DNA of 64,000 bases from Hamiltosporidium tvaerminnensis FI-OER-3-3 (lineage: Eukaryota; Fungi; Microsporidia): NCBI GenBank assembly GCA_022605425.2, contig JAKIMF020000004.1, positions 1-64,000 of the forward strand, given 5' to 3'. The translations under genes and the position numbers were made by a program. Every line of letters starts with the position of its first letter. Position 1 is the stretch's first letter. Shown here in pieces: positions 12,830 through 26,640 of the stretch. The notes beneath the pieces are model-generated. The model made no database searches. It had not been told where the DNA came from and saw only the letters and a list, made by a program, of their open reading frames with translations.

Positions 12830-15800
12830 TAGCATTTTAAATGACCAACCTTAATAAACTTATAAAATTTACCATAATTGGAAGTTTTTGCTGGTAAGGT
12901 ATTAGGTCTTTTTTTTGTTTATTTATTACATTGGAACTATTAAAAACTATAATCACCATCCTATAAATATAATTTCTTATCTTGGTCATAATACGTCGTA
13001 TTCGATCTAAATATAGCCTTATTAAAATTTCCGAAATTGTTATTAAAAGCCTTCAATATATTGATTGAGACATTTATCATATAGGGTATTCAGAAGTAAC
13101 TTTTGATTTCTCAATAACCTCATATTAGTACTTTCCGAAAATTGAGCAAAATGCCACCTATTATATATGGATTGCTTCTTTGGCTTTAAAAGAATATAAA
13201 GCTAAGGAAGAGAAAGTACTTGATCTGAAAAAGTATTTAAAATATCTTGTATGCTATTTTGAAGCGAAAAGAAGAGAAATGTAAAAATATTGCTTTTAAT
13301 CTAATATATTAAATATTGCCTATATTTATATAGACATGCATTTATTATTCATATACATATATCTATATTAGCTGTGTTAATATTTAAATCACCTTAATAT
13401 ATCCATATAAAAAAATGGTTTTTATTTTAATATTTGCCCTATTTGACTGACTTAAATTGTTTTTATTATAAGTATATTGATTCTTATCAATAATGCTAAG
13501 TTTTTTTTAAAAAATTATATATTATATGGTAGTGATTTACAGAATTGAAGTTTAATAAAATTGATACTAAATAAAATATCTTGAGTCATAAATGTGTTTA
13601 TATACTAATAGAATAATAAAACCAAATTTAAATAGATGTTTTTACGCTAAGTATATCAATTTTAATTTTCTTAACCCATTTCTGTTTTTTAAAAAAAATT
13701 ATACAACTTATTCTTAAAATAGTTTAATTTTGTATGCTTTTAAATGTTACAATGGTTATGAAGTCGTACATAAAATATAATATTTGAATTATAGAATATT
13801 TACGAGATATTTTATCTTATTTTAGCGATAGGTAAACCTTAAATAAATTTGGTTTATTTTAAACTAAATTAAATACTCGTTTTTTACATATGACTAATAT
13901 ATATTTCTCTTATTTGTATGTAAAGCTAGAAATTCATTTCAAACTTTTCAGAAATTCATTTAAATGAATGAAATAATAAAATCAAGGATACATTGATAAC
14001 AAAATGTATTTATAGATGAGTCTTATGTTATAATTAATTAAGTTTGTTTGTGAAAATAGGCGTCTATTCTATTTCACTAAATAAAATTTCTATTTATTAA
14101 GTTCGTGGATTTATATTATACCATTAGTTATGGGTTATATACTTTAAATATAAAAAAAAGAAGATGGTTTAAAATGTAAAAAAATAATATGATTATGCTT
14201 GGATTTTTTATATTCGGTATTCTCTACACGTAACTTAGCACTATCTTGTTCTTAAACCTCTATTAGCCGATCCACTCTATAAAGATTTAACTTAATGTAG
14301 AACGAAAGACACTAGTTCCACAATCAACTACTGTATATTTTCCGAAAAATTCGCAGCAAATTAATACATTTTAAACTACCCAGGCTTGTTTTTATCATGG
14401 AAATAGTATGTAAGGCTATTTGCCTGTGTAAATTATTTAGGATTCAAATGGGGTGTCTAAGAACTCATTCGATCTTGTTCAAAATCGGATTTACGAACAA
14501 AGTAAATTCGTTTACTTAAAATTTATTTAAAAATAACTCTACCAATATCAGAAACGCCTTTTATATACTAAATGGTTAAGAATTACATTCAAGGACGGAT
14601 TTGCATAATCGCAAAGTTTCAGAGTGAATAACTATACCATAAACAATTTGTAAAATATTATTTTGTGTTATAATTAAAACCTTTTAAAAAACCAACAACC
14701 ACACTTAAGCTGTATCATAATACTTGTTTCATTTAAATCATCTATTCGTCTTTTTATCTACAACTACAATCGTGATCTTTATGATATATAATGTGATTTA
14801 GGCTCTTTAAAGTGTTGTATTCTTGTTGGAAGATGTTTATGCTTAAGCTATATATATTCTAATATGAATATGTATTATCTATCTTTAGATATACCTTAGC
14901 GGAAAGTCATTAAATATATTAATGAATTACTTTGTCCCCACTTGTTTTATAAGGATCGATTTTATTCTTTGCATAATAAAAGACTATTGTTGTAAATAAA
15001 TAAAATATCTCAAATGTAATTTAAGACACCATGAGATATAGTAACTCTCTTAAATTGTATTATATTTAGAAAGTAAATTTTATAAAATAAAACCTGATTA
15101 TTAAACTAAGAAATATAGATTAACTAATTGCAAAAGATTTAAATGTTTATAATTTGATTTGAAGGAATAACAAAGAAATGTATTTAATAAACCGGGAGGT
15201 ATAGAAATTGATTTAAATAAATTATAATGTTTTTTTTACATAAATATAGACATATAATAGATAATATAAACCAATTTTACAACATTTTATTTTTTTATAC
15301 CTTAAAATCATTAAATTCCTACAAATTCGTATTTCTTAGAAAACAAACGAACATTTCTATCTGTTCTCAAGTTATTACAAGGAATTCATCCAAAGTAATT
15401 TTATAGATATAAACAATTCTGATATTCTAAATATATCAAATAGCTATTTTTAATTTCACTTTAAGATAAATATTTGAATTTAATATTTAGATTTCATCAC
15501 TTAAAATACATATCTGATTCAATCAAAACCACTTAGGTCTTTTTCCTTCTCATAGGCCAATAAAAAAATATTTTTTCGGAATTAGATTAGGTAACACATA
15601 AAATTACCAGAATTTGCATCTTAACAACGTTCCATGCTTTCTAGTTCTACAAGGAAAAGAATTTCTAAATTGTGCTCAGTTGTAACTAAGATTGCAAATG
15701 TAGAAGTCTACTGTTAGATACAATCCAAAATTGCTCAATTTCTTCCAAAAACTCTCCATAAAACCTCAGCATCGAATATAACCTACTTAACAATGCTTTA

Positions 15801-17340
15801 GGTATTAAACCTCCCCTATGCTTCTTTCTTCTTCTCCAAGGGTAATAGGAAAAACTTTGTTCATATTAAATAAAAAGAACTTTTTGGATAAAATTTTCTT
15901 ATAAAAAAAATGCTTTAGGTAATAATATAATACGGAAATAAACTCAATATTTATATCATTTGCTTCATAAAACTTTCACGGTGTTGTGGCCGGATATCCA
16001 ACAGCATCACAATATAATTTAACAATCATATATCTGAACTGTAACTGAAAACTATTTTTAAGATAATTAATTTCTGGGGAATACATTGAGATGCAAATAA
16101 AAATAATAAACATCATACATCCTCACCTTTATAGCTATTACACACTTTTTCATCTTTCCTGTTTACATTTCTTGAGTTACTTCTTCATTCCAATTTCATC
16201 AATGAAAAATAATCTTTTGATATCAGAAACATAAGGATAGAAATTTTTAAAATATGTAAAGAAATTAAATTGTTTTAACCACAATCTTTTATTTGATTTA
16301 ACACCAAAAGAAAAAATTAATAATTAAAACATGTGAACATCTCTAATATTTGTTTTTCCTGTTTCCAAAATTAGTAAAAGTTCAGTTAAAATTTCATTTC
16401 ATTAGATTTTGTTTCAAAATATGATTTTTAAAACATTTCTGCAATTTTTTATTCTAAATTTTAAAAATATGTTTTTAAATAGTGATTTTACAGTTAAAAC
16501 GATTTATTCGTCAATATCATATGGTTACATTATTCAAATATCTCGATTTATTTCTAATTCATTCGAAAAACGTCTTACTAAATTTATAAAAAAATTTAAC
16601 CCTACTTGTACTATGCTAAAATCATAAATATTTAATTTTTTCTATTTTGAGCGTAAACAATAAATTTAAATTGTATTTGTAATTTTTGGTGAAGGGAGGA
16701 TTGCCACAAAAAAAATTTCTGGTGGGCATTGAGTATGTGAAACTGGTATGAAGATCATTGTTTGGATTTAGGATGGGAATTAAAGCACACTATATTTTCT
16801 GTTTTCCCGTAAAGGTTTGTATGAGGAAGTCTACGCAATAGTAAGACTTTTCTAAAAATTTATTTGTAGTTTTTTGTGTGGCAGAATGGAACCTCAGACG
16901 AACTTGTAAGCCATTGTCATAAAGAAGAAGCATTGAGCCTTGGCCTTGCTTACTCGTGTTATAAGATTGGCGCCTGTGATATTAAAATAAAAATTATTTA
17001 AAGCCATAAAAGCTAACTAGCAGGTTGTATCTGTTGGTATGACACCGCACTGTCTAGATAGATTAGATGTAAGTCTCTAAGATATAACTTAGCCAGACGT
17101 GAATTAGATTCGGTAGGCGCTGCGTTAGTGGAAACGCCGCATAGTCTTGGGAGAACTAAAGATGGGCTTGGCTCGTGAGTACACATAATGAAATCGACAT
17201 TAACGCACACCGAGAAACCGCCTCGTCTATTAATTAGGTCTTCACATTTTTTAGATGAAGGGCTTGGGAACGTGGGTATCGTAAAAATACTGAAGGTGTG
17301 TTGGGTAGCATTTATTTATTTATGTTAAACCTGAACTACG
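12830..17340 (-). pseudogene. Decayed paralogous unit B1
   Basis: Starts with the shared KTSNYGKFYKFI-encoding motif at about 12852. Colinear with 1-4140 and 43370-44814. Fragmented by stops and frameshifts. Confidence 0.55.
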
Positions 17341-20300
17341 TTGAAGTCACAAATACAAATTTTAAACTTACCATTCTTAGTAAAAAAAAATGTAATGTTT
17401 TGAATAAGATTATTGTTTTAGTCATCTCCCTCTAAAAGTAAATATGCCTTGGTATTAAAACTATATCATTTTTAGAATAATTAAGAAGATGTAAAATTAT
17501 ATTTGTTATCAATAGCACTTCTAAACATTTCAAAAGATGTTGATATATGTATTCATTATAAGTATAACATGCCCTATATATGCGAATGTTAATAAATGAA
17601 AAAAATATAGATGTTCCTTCGGTTTTCAGAATAATCTATCTTTCGTTTTCTTAAAGAGCAATTTCAATATGATTTCTTAATTCAGGCATCATAAGGCTAA
17701 TACTATATGTCTTAAATAGTAATATAATCAACGAAAAATTATTTTCAATTTAAAAATTGTAATTTAATAGAAGGATAGTATTGTGCCTCTTTTCGTTTTA
17801 AATATTTCTGTATGTTTTTAGCACATAGTTAAAATTTGAAGAGAGTAAATTTAAGAAATTCATCGCAAATTGCATTTTTATTCTTCGTATATTTCTAAGT
17901 ACGATATATATTGATCGTGTTCTCATATCGTTTATACATTATTTCACGAAAAATTAATCAAATACCTTAAAAATAGATAGATGATGTATAAACCGTATTC
18001 AGTTATCTAAAATTATATTTACTGCTGTAGCTTACGGTGTGTCAAAAAAAAATTTATAATCTATGTGAATTGTTTGAAGCCAGTCAGAAATCTATATTAT
18101 CAGGAAACTAAGAAATTCTTCTCTTTATTTTGCAACAAACAAATTTAATTTAAACTTTTACACAAAAGAGAGTCGGAAAGTAAAGTTTTTGATAAATTAT
18201 ATATATTTAAGCATTTAAAATAATCAATCGTTAATCATTTTTACACATTTAACTATTTAAAACATATTTTTTTTAAATGAATAAGGAGTTCAAAGATCAG
18301 GTTTCCCATGCGATCTCATATTACACACATTTATATAAATCTTAAGTTATTATCTTGGCATTTATATTCTAATAATATATGCAATTTAGAACAGAGATGT
18401 TTATCCAATTGGTTGGAATGTCGAAAATACATCCAGTAAGACGTATGTTTTTGTGTTTTTCGTAAAAGATAATAAAGAGTATCTATATTTGATGTCTATT
18501 TGGTAAGCGTACGCTTCTATAGGAGCATAAATATATGAATTTATTTTTCTCTAAATCTAAAAACCAGGTATGACACAAATACGGACAATAATGCATCTAA
18601 ACATATAATGAAGCGAAAAAACATAATAAAGAATGAAAATATGAATTGATAATAGAATATTTTCTCAAATAAAGATAAAGTACTAAAAAATCAATATATA
18701 TTTTATATTATACTTGATTAACATTATTTCAGTATGATTTAGAAATCCATTGTTTTGTGAGTGTGATCCCAAAGTTTGATTCTACATTTTATATGAATCT
18801 TCTAAAAAATTTCTAAAGATTGCCAATCTATTTCCGATTCACTCTAATTTAATACCTCTTTTTTGAGGCTTATTAAGATTTAATAATTTAGAAAAAACAT
18901 AAATTTATTTTCTTTATTCATCTATCTTTAGAAAAATTATGTTTCAGATTAAATCTAAAAATTAAATTGATAAAGTCACAGAAAGTAAAAGAAGTAATAC
19001 CCGCTAACTTAGTCAAAAATTTTATACAAAAATAAAAAATTTAAAACCCTATTTGCATCATGAACTAGTTCTAAGTTAATTTCCTTAAGAGAATTAATTG
19101 TAAAAAATTTTTAACGATAATAGTAAGTTAAATAAAAAATTGCTATTTATGCTGAGCACAAACGCTACTTGGTAAAGATTCTTTTTCTGTTTCATTTACT
19201 TATACTTTTTTCGCTAGTTTTCAAATAGTACTACTTTTTTCTTAGTATATAATGATAATCTAGAAACAACGCATATAATAAAAATTCAGTTTAAAAATCT
19301 AATTTAGTTCTAAAATAAAATATTCATAAACAGATATAAAGGATTCCTATTAGAGGACTTCGAATATATAAAAATTAGTTAAATCAAATAAAAATACTGG
19401 TCAATAACCCTCTATTATAAGATATATTATTTCGGGTTTTCACTTAATTTTATACTCAATTCTTATAAAAAACGCTAAATATATTCCTTGTAAATCTGTC
19501 TTTTTTTAGTAACTTCATCGTTATACATCATACTATTATATAGTCGATTAAAGTATTGAGTAGAATTTTTATTGCTTTTATCTTTTTTTAAAAAATCCCA
19601 TCTGAACTATAATAGATTGTTATAAAAAGATAGGTATATATATACTTGTAAGATTTTATTAAGCCATAATAACTATTCAGAATATTTAGTTAAGATACGA
19701 ACGTTCTACCTATCTTATTTCACCATATTGCGCCGTGCTTTATCGAGTAAAGTTCGGAATATAATATGTCTTCCTTTATTATGAACCTCTCGTTGTTCTT
19801 TTTTTATTAGAAAACTCAATTGTAAACCTTTAAAAATATCCTGAATAAGAACAACTTGGCGCCTATGCTAATAATTTATTTTGAGAACAAGTTACAGCGA
19901 ATATAATAACCAAATATATTTTAATGATCAATATTTGGTTGCTATAACATTTTTCTCTAGTATTATTACAAATAATCTTAGCTCTATTATTTTTCTTATT
20001 GATACCCTTATAATTCATATATATAATTATATCCCTCTCTTAATCATTTATCAACCATGCACTAGTTTCTATTATACATATCTTTAATATATACCTACCT
20101 ATAATCTATATAAAAATAATACCTCTCTTTATTTCTTAACCTTTATCCTCTATTCATTTTATATTTAACGTTTTTTGATTGTCTAAACCTGATCCAGTCT
20201 CTGAGCAATACATTATCTTTATTTCTTTATCAATATAAAAAGAGTTACTATTTAGAATTCATAAATATTAAAATAAAAAGTTTTTTATCTTCTATAATAT

Positions 20301-21369
20301 TAATTTGTCCTATAATTTATTTCTGATTGGTATTTTTATTTCTTTTGTTCATTGATTATCCTTCTTGTTACGTTAAAAATTTATTTTAAACGGTTGCTAA
20401 GCTAACAAGCACGAAGTTTACCAATGCCCTATATATGGTGAAAAGACTCAAAATATAAATGAGATGTTAAAGTATGGAAAAGAAAATATTAAAACTATAA
20501 AGCCAACAAAATCAGTGCAAATATATCCGATAATAATAACATATATTAAATTATATTTTTGATACATTAAATAAACTTTCATATATTCATGTTTTCTTAT
20601 TACTTTGTTAGATGGTAATAACATTTTTAGAATTCGGTTATTTCATTTTACTTATTAAATATATTTTAATTCTACGTTATATCTGTACACTATTTTCGAC
20701 TTTCTATTTCATGCTTTTGTGTAAGTCGTACTTTTTATCTCTTTTTCATTTTTTGACTATATTTCCACAACTCTTTTTAAGTTCTTAATTTTTTGCAATT
20801 AAATTTCATATCACCATAATAATCAATTTCCGCGTATTGTACACATTCTTGTTTAATTAATGTTAAATTATAGAATTTATTTTCATGCTATATCTATTTA
20901 ATATGACTTAAATAAGATTTGTGTAAATTTCATACTTTAATAGAAAATCTAAAAATAAGGTAGGTTATCTTAGAAATATTTAATTAAGTTCACAGAATAT
21001 ACACTGTGAAAGTAAGTTAGATCTAGTGTGAAGTATGTTATGTCTTTTCTATATTCTTATTTTTTGATTGATTATATCTTTGAAAATTATCATTTAAAAA
21101 TAAAATAAGTTTTTTTAAGAATATTACATTTTAATATAAGCAGAAAGGTAGCGAGAATGTCTCTTTATAGGAAAAAATATTGTGTCTATGAAGATTTACT
21201 AGGTTTTATAATCTTTTATGACTTCTAATTGAAAAAAACGAGTTAAAAGAACATATAATTTGTGCTAAGAATACTGTATATTCATAGGTATTTTATATAG
21301 TTTAAAAATCTTCGTTTAAAACAAAAATTATTCTATTTTAATGTGATATGTATTTTTTATTTTTTAGTT

Positions 21370-24300
21370 CTGTTGACAATATCTTAAAGTGTATGGGAAC
21401 GCTTCTAAAATTACTAAATATTGAGTTAAAAAACATACATACTAATTAGAGTTTTAAAATTAAAACTTGCAGTATTTATTGTAAATTTTTGCGTGTATTT
21501 TTTTTGATTTTTTTAAGTATAGTCTCGGACTAGTTTTCGTATTAACATTTAAAAAATTGTAAAAAAAAATAAATTCTAAAAATATATAATAGCTAATGTC
21601 TTAAAAATTTCTGCAAATACAAAGCTAAATTTATAATAACCTATTAAGTTACTTAGGCCTAAACTATATTATTTGTTCTTACTAAGATTTATTAATAATC
21701 TTTTTTCATTAGTTTCAAGTTTTTCTGTCTATAATACATGAAGCAACTAAAAAATTGAAGCAATCAAGTTTTATAAATTAAAGATTAAATATATAAATTT
21801 ACTAAAATTGCAACAAATTCTCGGATAAAAACATAATGAGTCTATATATTTTTAAATTAAGTCATGTTTTCTATTAAATTTTTTTATTATTTTTTATTCA
21901 AATTTATTTAATTCATTTTACTATAGTGGTATTTACAATTCCAAAACTATGAAAAATACTGCAACCGAAATATATTTTATTTTTTTAAAAAATTTCTGCA
22001 AACACTACTAATAGGTGTGCAATAATATTTTTTGTCTCCTTTAGTTTTATATTTGGAATTTTTTTCAATTATTTCATTACCTAAATTTTTCAATTTTTTC
22101 ATTACATTTTTCTATAGTAATATTAACGATTCAAAAATGTTGAAAAAAATTATTTTAAATATTTGTTTAATTCGAAGGAAATTTTCTTAAAATATATCAA
22201 ATGCTTGGTTTTAAATATTATTTTATAGTTTGAAATAAAATTCGATCCTTTTTTCTATTAATTTTTGTTACCTAATTTAGTCTGATTTTGTTCGGTATAT
22301 TTTCTATATAATATATGAAACGATCTAAAAATTTGTAAAAATGTGCTTAAAAAAAATATTGGCTCAGTACTTTAAAAATAATTTTAATATTACGAATGAT
22401 ATTTTGTTGAGTCGATAGTTCTATTGTATAAAATTCGATTGTGTTTTTTGTAATCTTTAAATACCTATGTTTTTAAATTTGTGCAATTCATTTTACTATA
22501 GAAGTATTGACAATTCCAAATCTATGAAAACTAAGAAAAGAAAATATTATGTTCAAATACTTTAAACCTACTAAAGATATAACAATTTATCTTATAATAG
22601 CTATATAATGATTTTAAATAAAATTTTATCCAGTTTTCTTTCGAATATTGGAACTTTATTTTTTTCGATTAGGCTCGATAAATTTTCTATATAGTATATG
22701 AAACGATCGAAAATTAAAACAAAAAAAAATAAAAGAAATCAAAAGAAATGTTGGTTTTAATCCTTAAAGATACTTTTAGCACTAGCAATTATATTTTAAT
22801 GGGTTAATGGATTTGTTTTATATAAATTTGTAAATGTTTTACTTTATTTTTAAATACCTACTTTTTAAGATTTTAGTTGATCTAGTTTCCATATAATCGA
22901 TGTAAGTTTTAAAGTACTACAAAAAAATTATACTGAAAAAATATTTTATTAAAATACTAAAAAAAGCAGGAAAAGTTTCAGATATTTATTATATAATTTT
23001 ATGTTTTGATTTATAATAAAATTGGCTTATTTTTTGTGTGAATTTATACTACCAATTTTTTTTCTCTTTTTTAAAATAGTTTCCGTATATAGTATAGACA
23101 ATTTAAAAATAAACGGAAATTTAATTTTTACAAAAAATTTGTTTCTTTGCTTGAAAAACATTAAAATATATTAAATAGTTCGTAAATACTATAATTTTAT
23201 GATGTTTAATGTGAACTTTATTATTTTTATTTTTCTATCTTGCTAGACATCCTTTCTTGTAACTTTATGAAATAGTTTTAAAATACGTAAGAAAATAAAT
23301 TTAAAAAAATAGTTTTTAATTTTAAACTACTTACAAATACTAAATTTGACTTTAAAATAAAACATTAACACTGTTCAGTATAAAATTGGCTTATTGTTTC
23401 TTAAAAATTTTTAATACATATTTTTTCAAATTTATTCAATATAGTTTACTATAGTAGTATGAAAGATCCTGAAATCTGTAAAAAAAAAAGTCCAAAAGAA
23501 ATATGATTAAATGTTTAAAATTTATTTTATAGTACATATGAGTTTAATACAATATAAATGGATTATCTAATATAAAATTTAGTCTAGTCAAAGTAAATTT
23601 TTCTAAATCTATTTTTTTAAAATTTATCCAATACATTTTACCATAGTAGTTTGAACGAATTGAAAATTGTACGAAAATGGATTAAAAACATATATGTTTT
23701 TAAAAGATTAAAAGCAATGAAAATATATTAAATCTTCATATTAGAATCTATTAAAATGTTTACAACGATCTTTATTGATTCGCTTGTGGTTTTTCTAAAT
23801 CTATTTTTTTTTAATTTTATTTGATTTGATCTATATATATTCGTATAGACGTTTATAAAATTTTGAGAAAATAGATTTAGAAAAATATATGTTTTATTAA
23901 ATAAAGAATGCTAAAAGCATATTGGATTTGAGGTAACTAATTTTATTTTATGCTTTACAATTAAATCTGTTCATATTTTCTATTGATTTTATTTTATTTT
24001 TACTTCGTTCAATATATTTTGCATATAATACATGAAACACTTTGAAAATGATGAAAAAATTCAATTCAAAAGATATATAATCTAATGTTTCAAAATTTCT
24101 GTAGTGCGTCAGATTAGTTTATGATAATATAACATATTCTTTTTATAATTGTATCTGGTTATATTTTGCCAAAGTAGCATTACCTACTTTTTTTCTATTT
24201 TCTTCAATATATTTTCTATATATTGTATTAAGCAATCAAAAAACTTTAGCAAGATGATCTAAAAAAATATTCGAATTGTACTTAAAAAATTCTTAAATAC

Positions 24301-24990
24301 TAACAGAAAAGTTTATAATAAAACCAATACGTTTCTTTATTTTACAATTAGGTGATGTTTTCGTAAATCTTATTACCTAATTTTTTTGATTTTGTTAGAT
24401 ATATTTTCTATTATATCAGTATAAGAGATTCATAAGAAATAAAATTAACTTATTAAAAATATTTAATATACTTCGAATTGGTTTATAATGAATCTATAAG
24501 ATTGTTTAATATTTAATTAAGTCATTTTTAGTGTAAAATTCTGTTTCTTTATTTTTTTAGATTTGTTCAATCTGGATTACTATGGTGCAATGAAAGATCC
24601 AAAAAAAATGAAAAAAAATTAAATTTGAAAAAATGCATTAGGTTTGATTTAAGGAATAATATACATGTAAAATATCTAGTTGATATTTTTTTTATTTGAT
24701 TTGCCTTTGAATTTAATTATTTTTATTGTAATTTAATACCTATTTTTTGTTTAAATTTGTTTAATATATTTTGTATATACTGTATGAAACGATAAGACAA
24801 GTATGAAAAAATTCTCTTAAAATATATAAGATTTTATATAAAAAAACTTTATGAATACTAAAAGAGATTTAACAATAGTTAATAATGTTTCAGAAATAAA
24901 AATTACTTATATTTCTTTTTAAATTTTTCCTAGATTTTGTTTGGTATAGCTTTATTATATATATCAGTAACAATCCAATCTTTTTAAGTA
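21370..24990. repeat. Divergent ~190-bp tandem satellite, array 1 (about 20 monomers)
   Basis: A core like ttttcTATATAGTATATGAAACGATc..aaaatt recurs at about 21735, 21925, 22115, 22310, 22500, 22692, 22895, 23090, 23455, 23645, 23842, 24028, 24222, 24418, 24585 and 24780. T-rich left flank (ttacctaattttttt) and A-rich right flank. Confidence 0.85.
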
Positions 24991-24999
24991 TCCATATAA

Positions 25000-26640
25000 T
25001 GAACACCCTTTATTTAGTAAAATATATCCGTATAATTTACACCCTTATTTTGTTTATTATTGTCTTATTACTAACACACTTTTAAATTTTAAATATTTAT
25101 TCTTTTCGATAACACCCTGTTATTTATTGGTATAAATATCTATAATACTTAGACCCTTTTGTATAGAGTTAAACGTATTTATATGGTAAGGCCTTTCTAT
25201 ATATATCCTTTGAAATATTATTTTCAATAACACCCTGCTATTTCAATAACCAATCACTTTATTATTAACACCCTGTTATTTATAGTGAAGTATTTCTTGT
25301 TTACTAACATTTTGTTATTTATTCCTATAAATTCTAAGATCCAGTAAAACACCCTTCTAGCGCAAATTATAAGTCTCGTTATTAACACACTGTTATTTAT
25401 TATATAAATGCCTAGATTTGTAACAGCCTTTTATATACTGCTTTAAATATTATTATTAACACCCTGTTATTTATTTTATAAATGCTTAGATTATTAACAC
25501 CCTTTTATATACTGTTTTAAATATGTATTATTAACACCCTGTTATTCTCTATTATGAACATCTCTATAAATAACACCCAATTTATTAATTTTTTACTAAC
25601 ACCCTTTTATTTTTCATTTGGTTATTTTATTTTCTTAAACCCCTATTATCCTTTCCTATAAATTTATTATTATTAACACCCTCTTATATATCTGAAGATA
25701 TTTGATAAATTAACACCCCGTTATCTATTTTCTGAAGCACATTTACTAACACCTTGTTATATTTATATAGGAATATTATATAAATTAACACCCCTTTATT
25801 TATGTATATAAAATGCTTTATATTAACACCCTAATTATATATCTATCTTTATAATAAAACCCCTTTGTTTATCTATATAAATAGCTTTATTATTAACACC
25901 CTAACATTATATCTATCTTTATATAAACACCACTTTATTTATGTATATAAATAGCTATACTACTAAGACTCTTTAAAGTATAACCTCAATATAAATAACA
26001 CCCTTATAATTACTATCTTTATCACTAACACCCTATTAACACTTTTATAACATTAACACCCCGTAATTGATACATAATATATTAACACCCTTTATCCACT
26101 ACCATTTGTATTAACACCCTTTATCTACTACCATGTATATTAACACCCTTTTATACATCTGTCATAGAAATACCACCCTTTATCTAATATAAATAGTATT
26201 AAAACCCTGTTATTGTTATGTTTTTCAATAAAACCCTTTATTAGTTACCTCGTGATTATCACCCTTTTATACATATGTCTATAAAATAACACCCTTTATT
26301 AGTTACAATTGTGATTATCACCCTTTATTTATTACAATTGTGATTATCACCCTTTTATACATATGTCTATAAAATAACACCCTTTATTAGTTACAATTGT
26401 GATTATCACCCTTTCTTTATTACAATTGTGATTAACACCATTTTATACATATGTCTATAAAATAACACCCTTTATTAGTTACAATTGTGATTATCACCCT
26501 TTCTTTATTACAATTGTGATTAACACCATTTTATACACCCATATTAATATTAAAACCCTTATAATTTCTAGCTTTATCACTAACACCTTGTTGTCTACAC
26601 ACCCAATCAATACTACCCTTATAACTTACACCCTTTAATT
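25000..26640 (+). repeat. TAACACCC-core minisatellite, about 50 copies
   Basis: (AT)TAACACCCT and variants (TATCACCC, TAAAACCC) occur about every 37-39 bp in 25000-25960 and about every 29-30 bp in 25990-26590. A near-perfect 88-bp higher-order unit occurs about three times at 26257-26530. Confidence 0.93.

Larger units (their letters stand above)
5370..14243. repeat. Segmental duplication copy 1 (A1 + spacer + part of B1); partner at about 36020-44814
   Basis: Colinear direct similarity at an offset of about 30.6 kb. Examples: 9661-10070 is nearly identical to 40281-40690, and 6930-7500 matches 37570-38160. Confidence 0.92.

Noticed and set aside
16190-16370. Walker A/B-like ETGKT ... FFIDEIG on the minus strand of B1 (AAA ATPase or Tc1-type DE motif)
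   Set aside because: Not conserved in B0 (ETGEQ, IEEIG), there is no complete GxxxxGKT, and an overlapping frame (NWNEEVTQE) fits the substitutions at least as well.
25000-26640. CRISPR array (conserved core plus variable spacers)
   Set aside because: The core is only about 8-11 bp, linkers are mutually related and tandemly duplicated, the period changes, there are no cas genes, and the context is eukaryotic.
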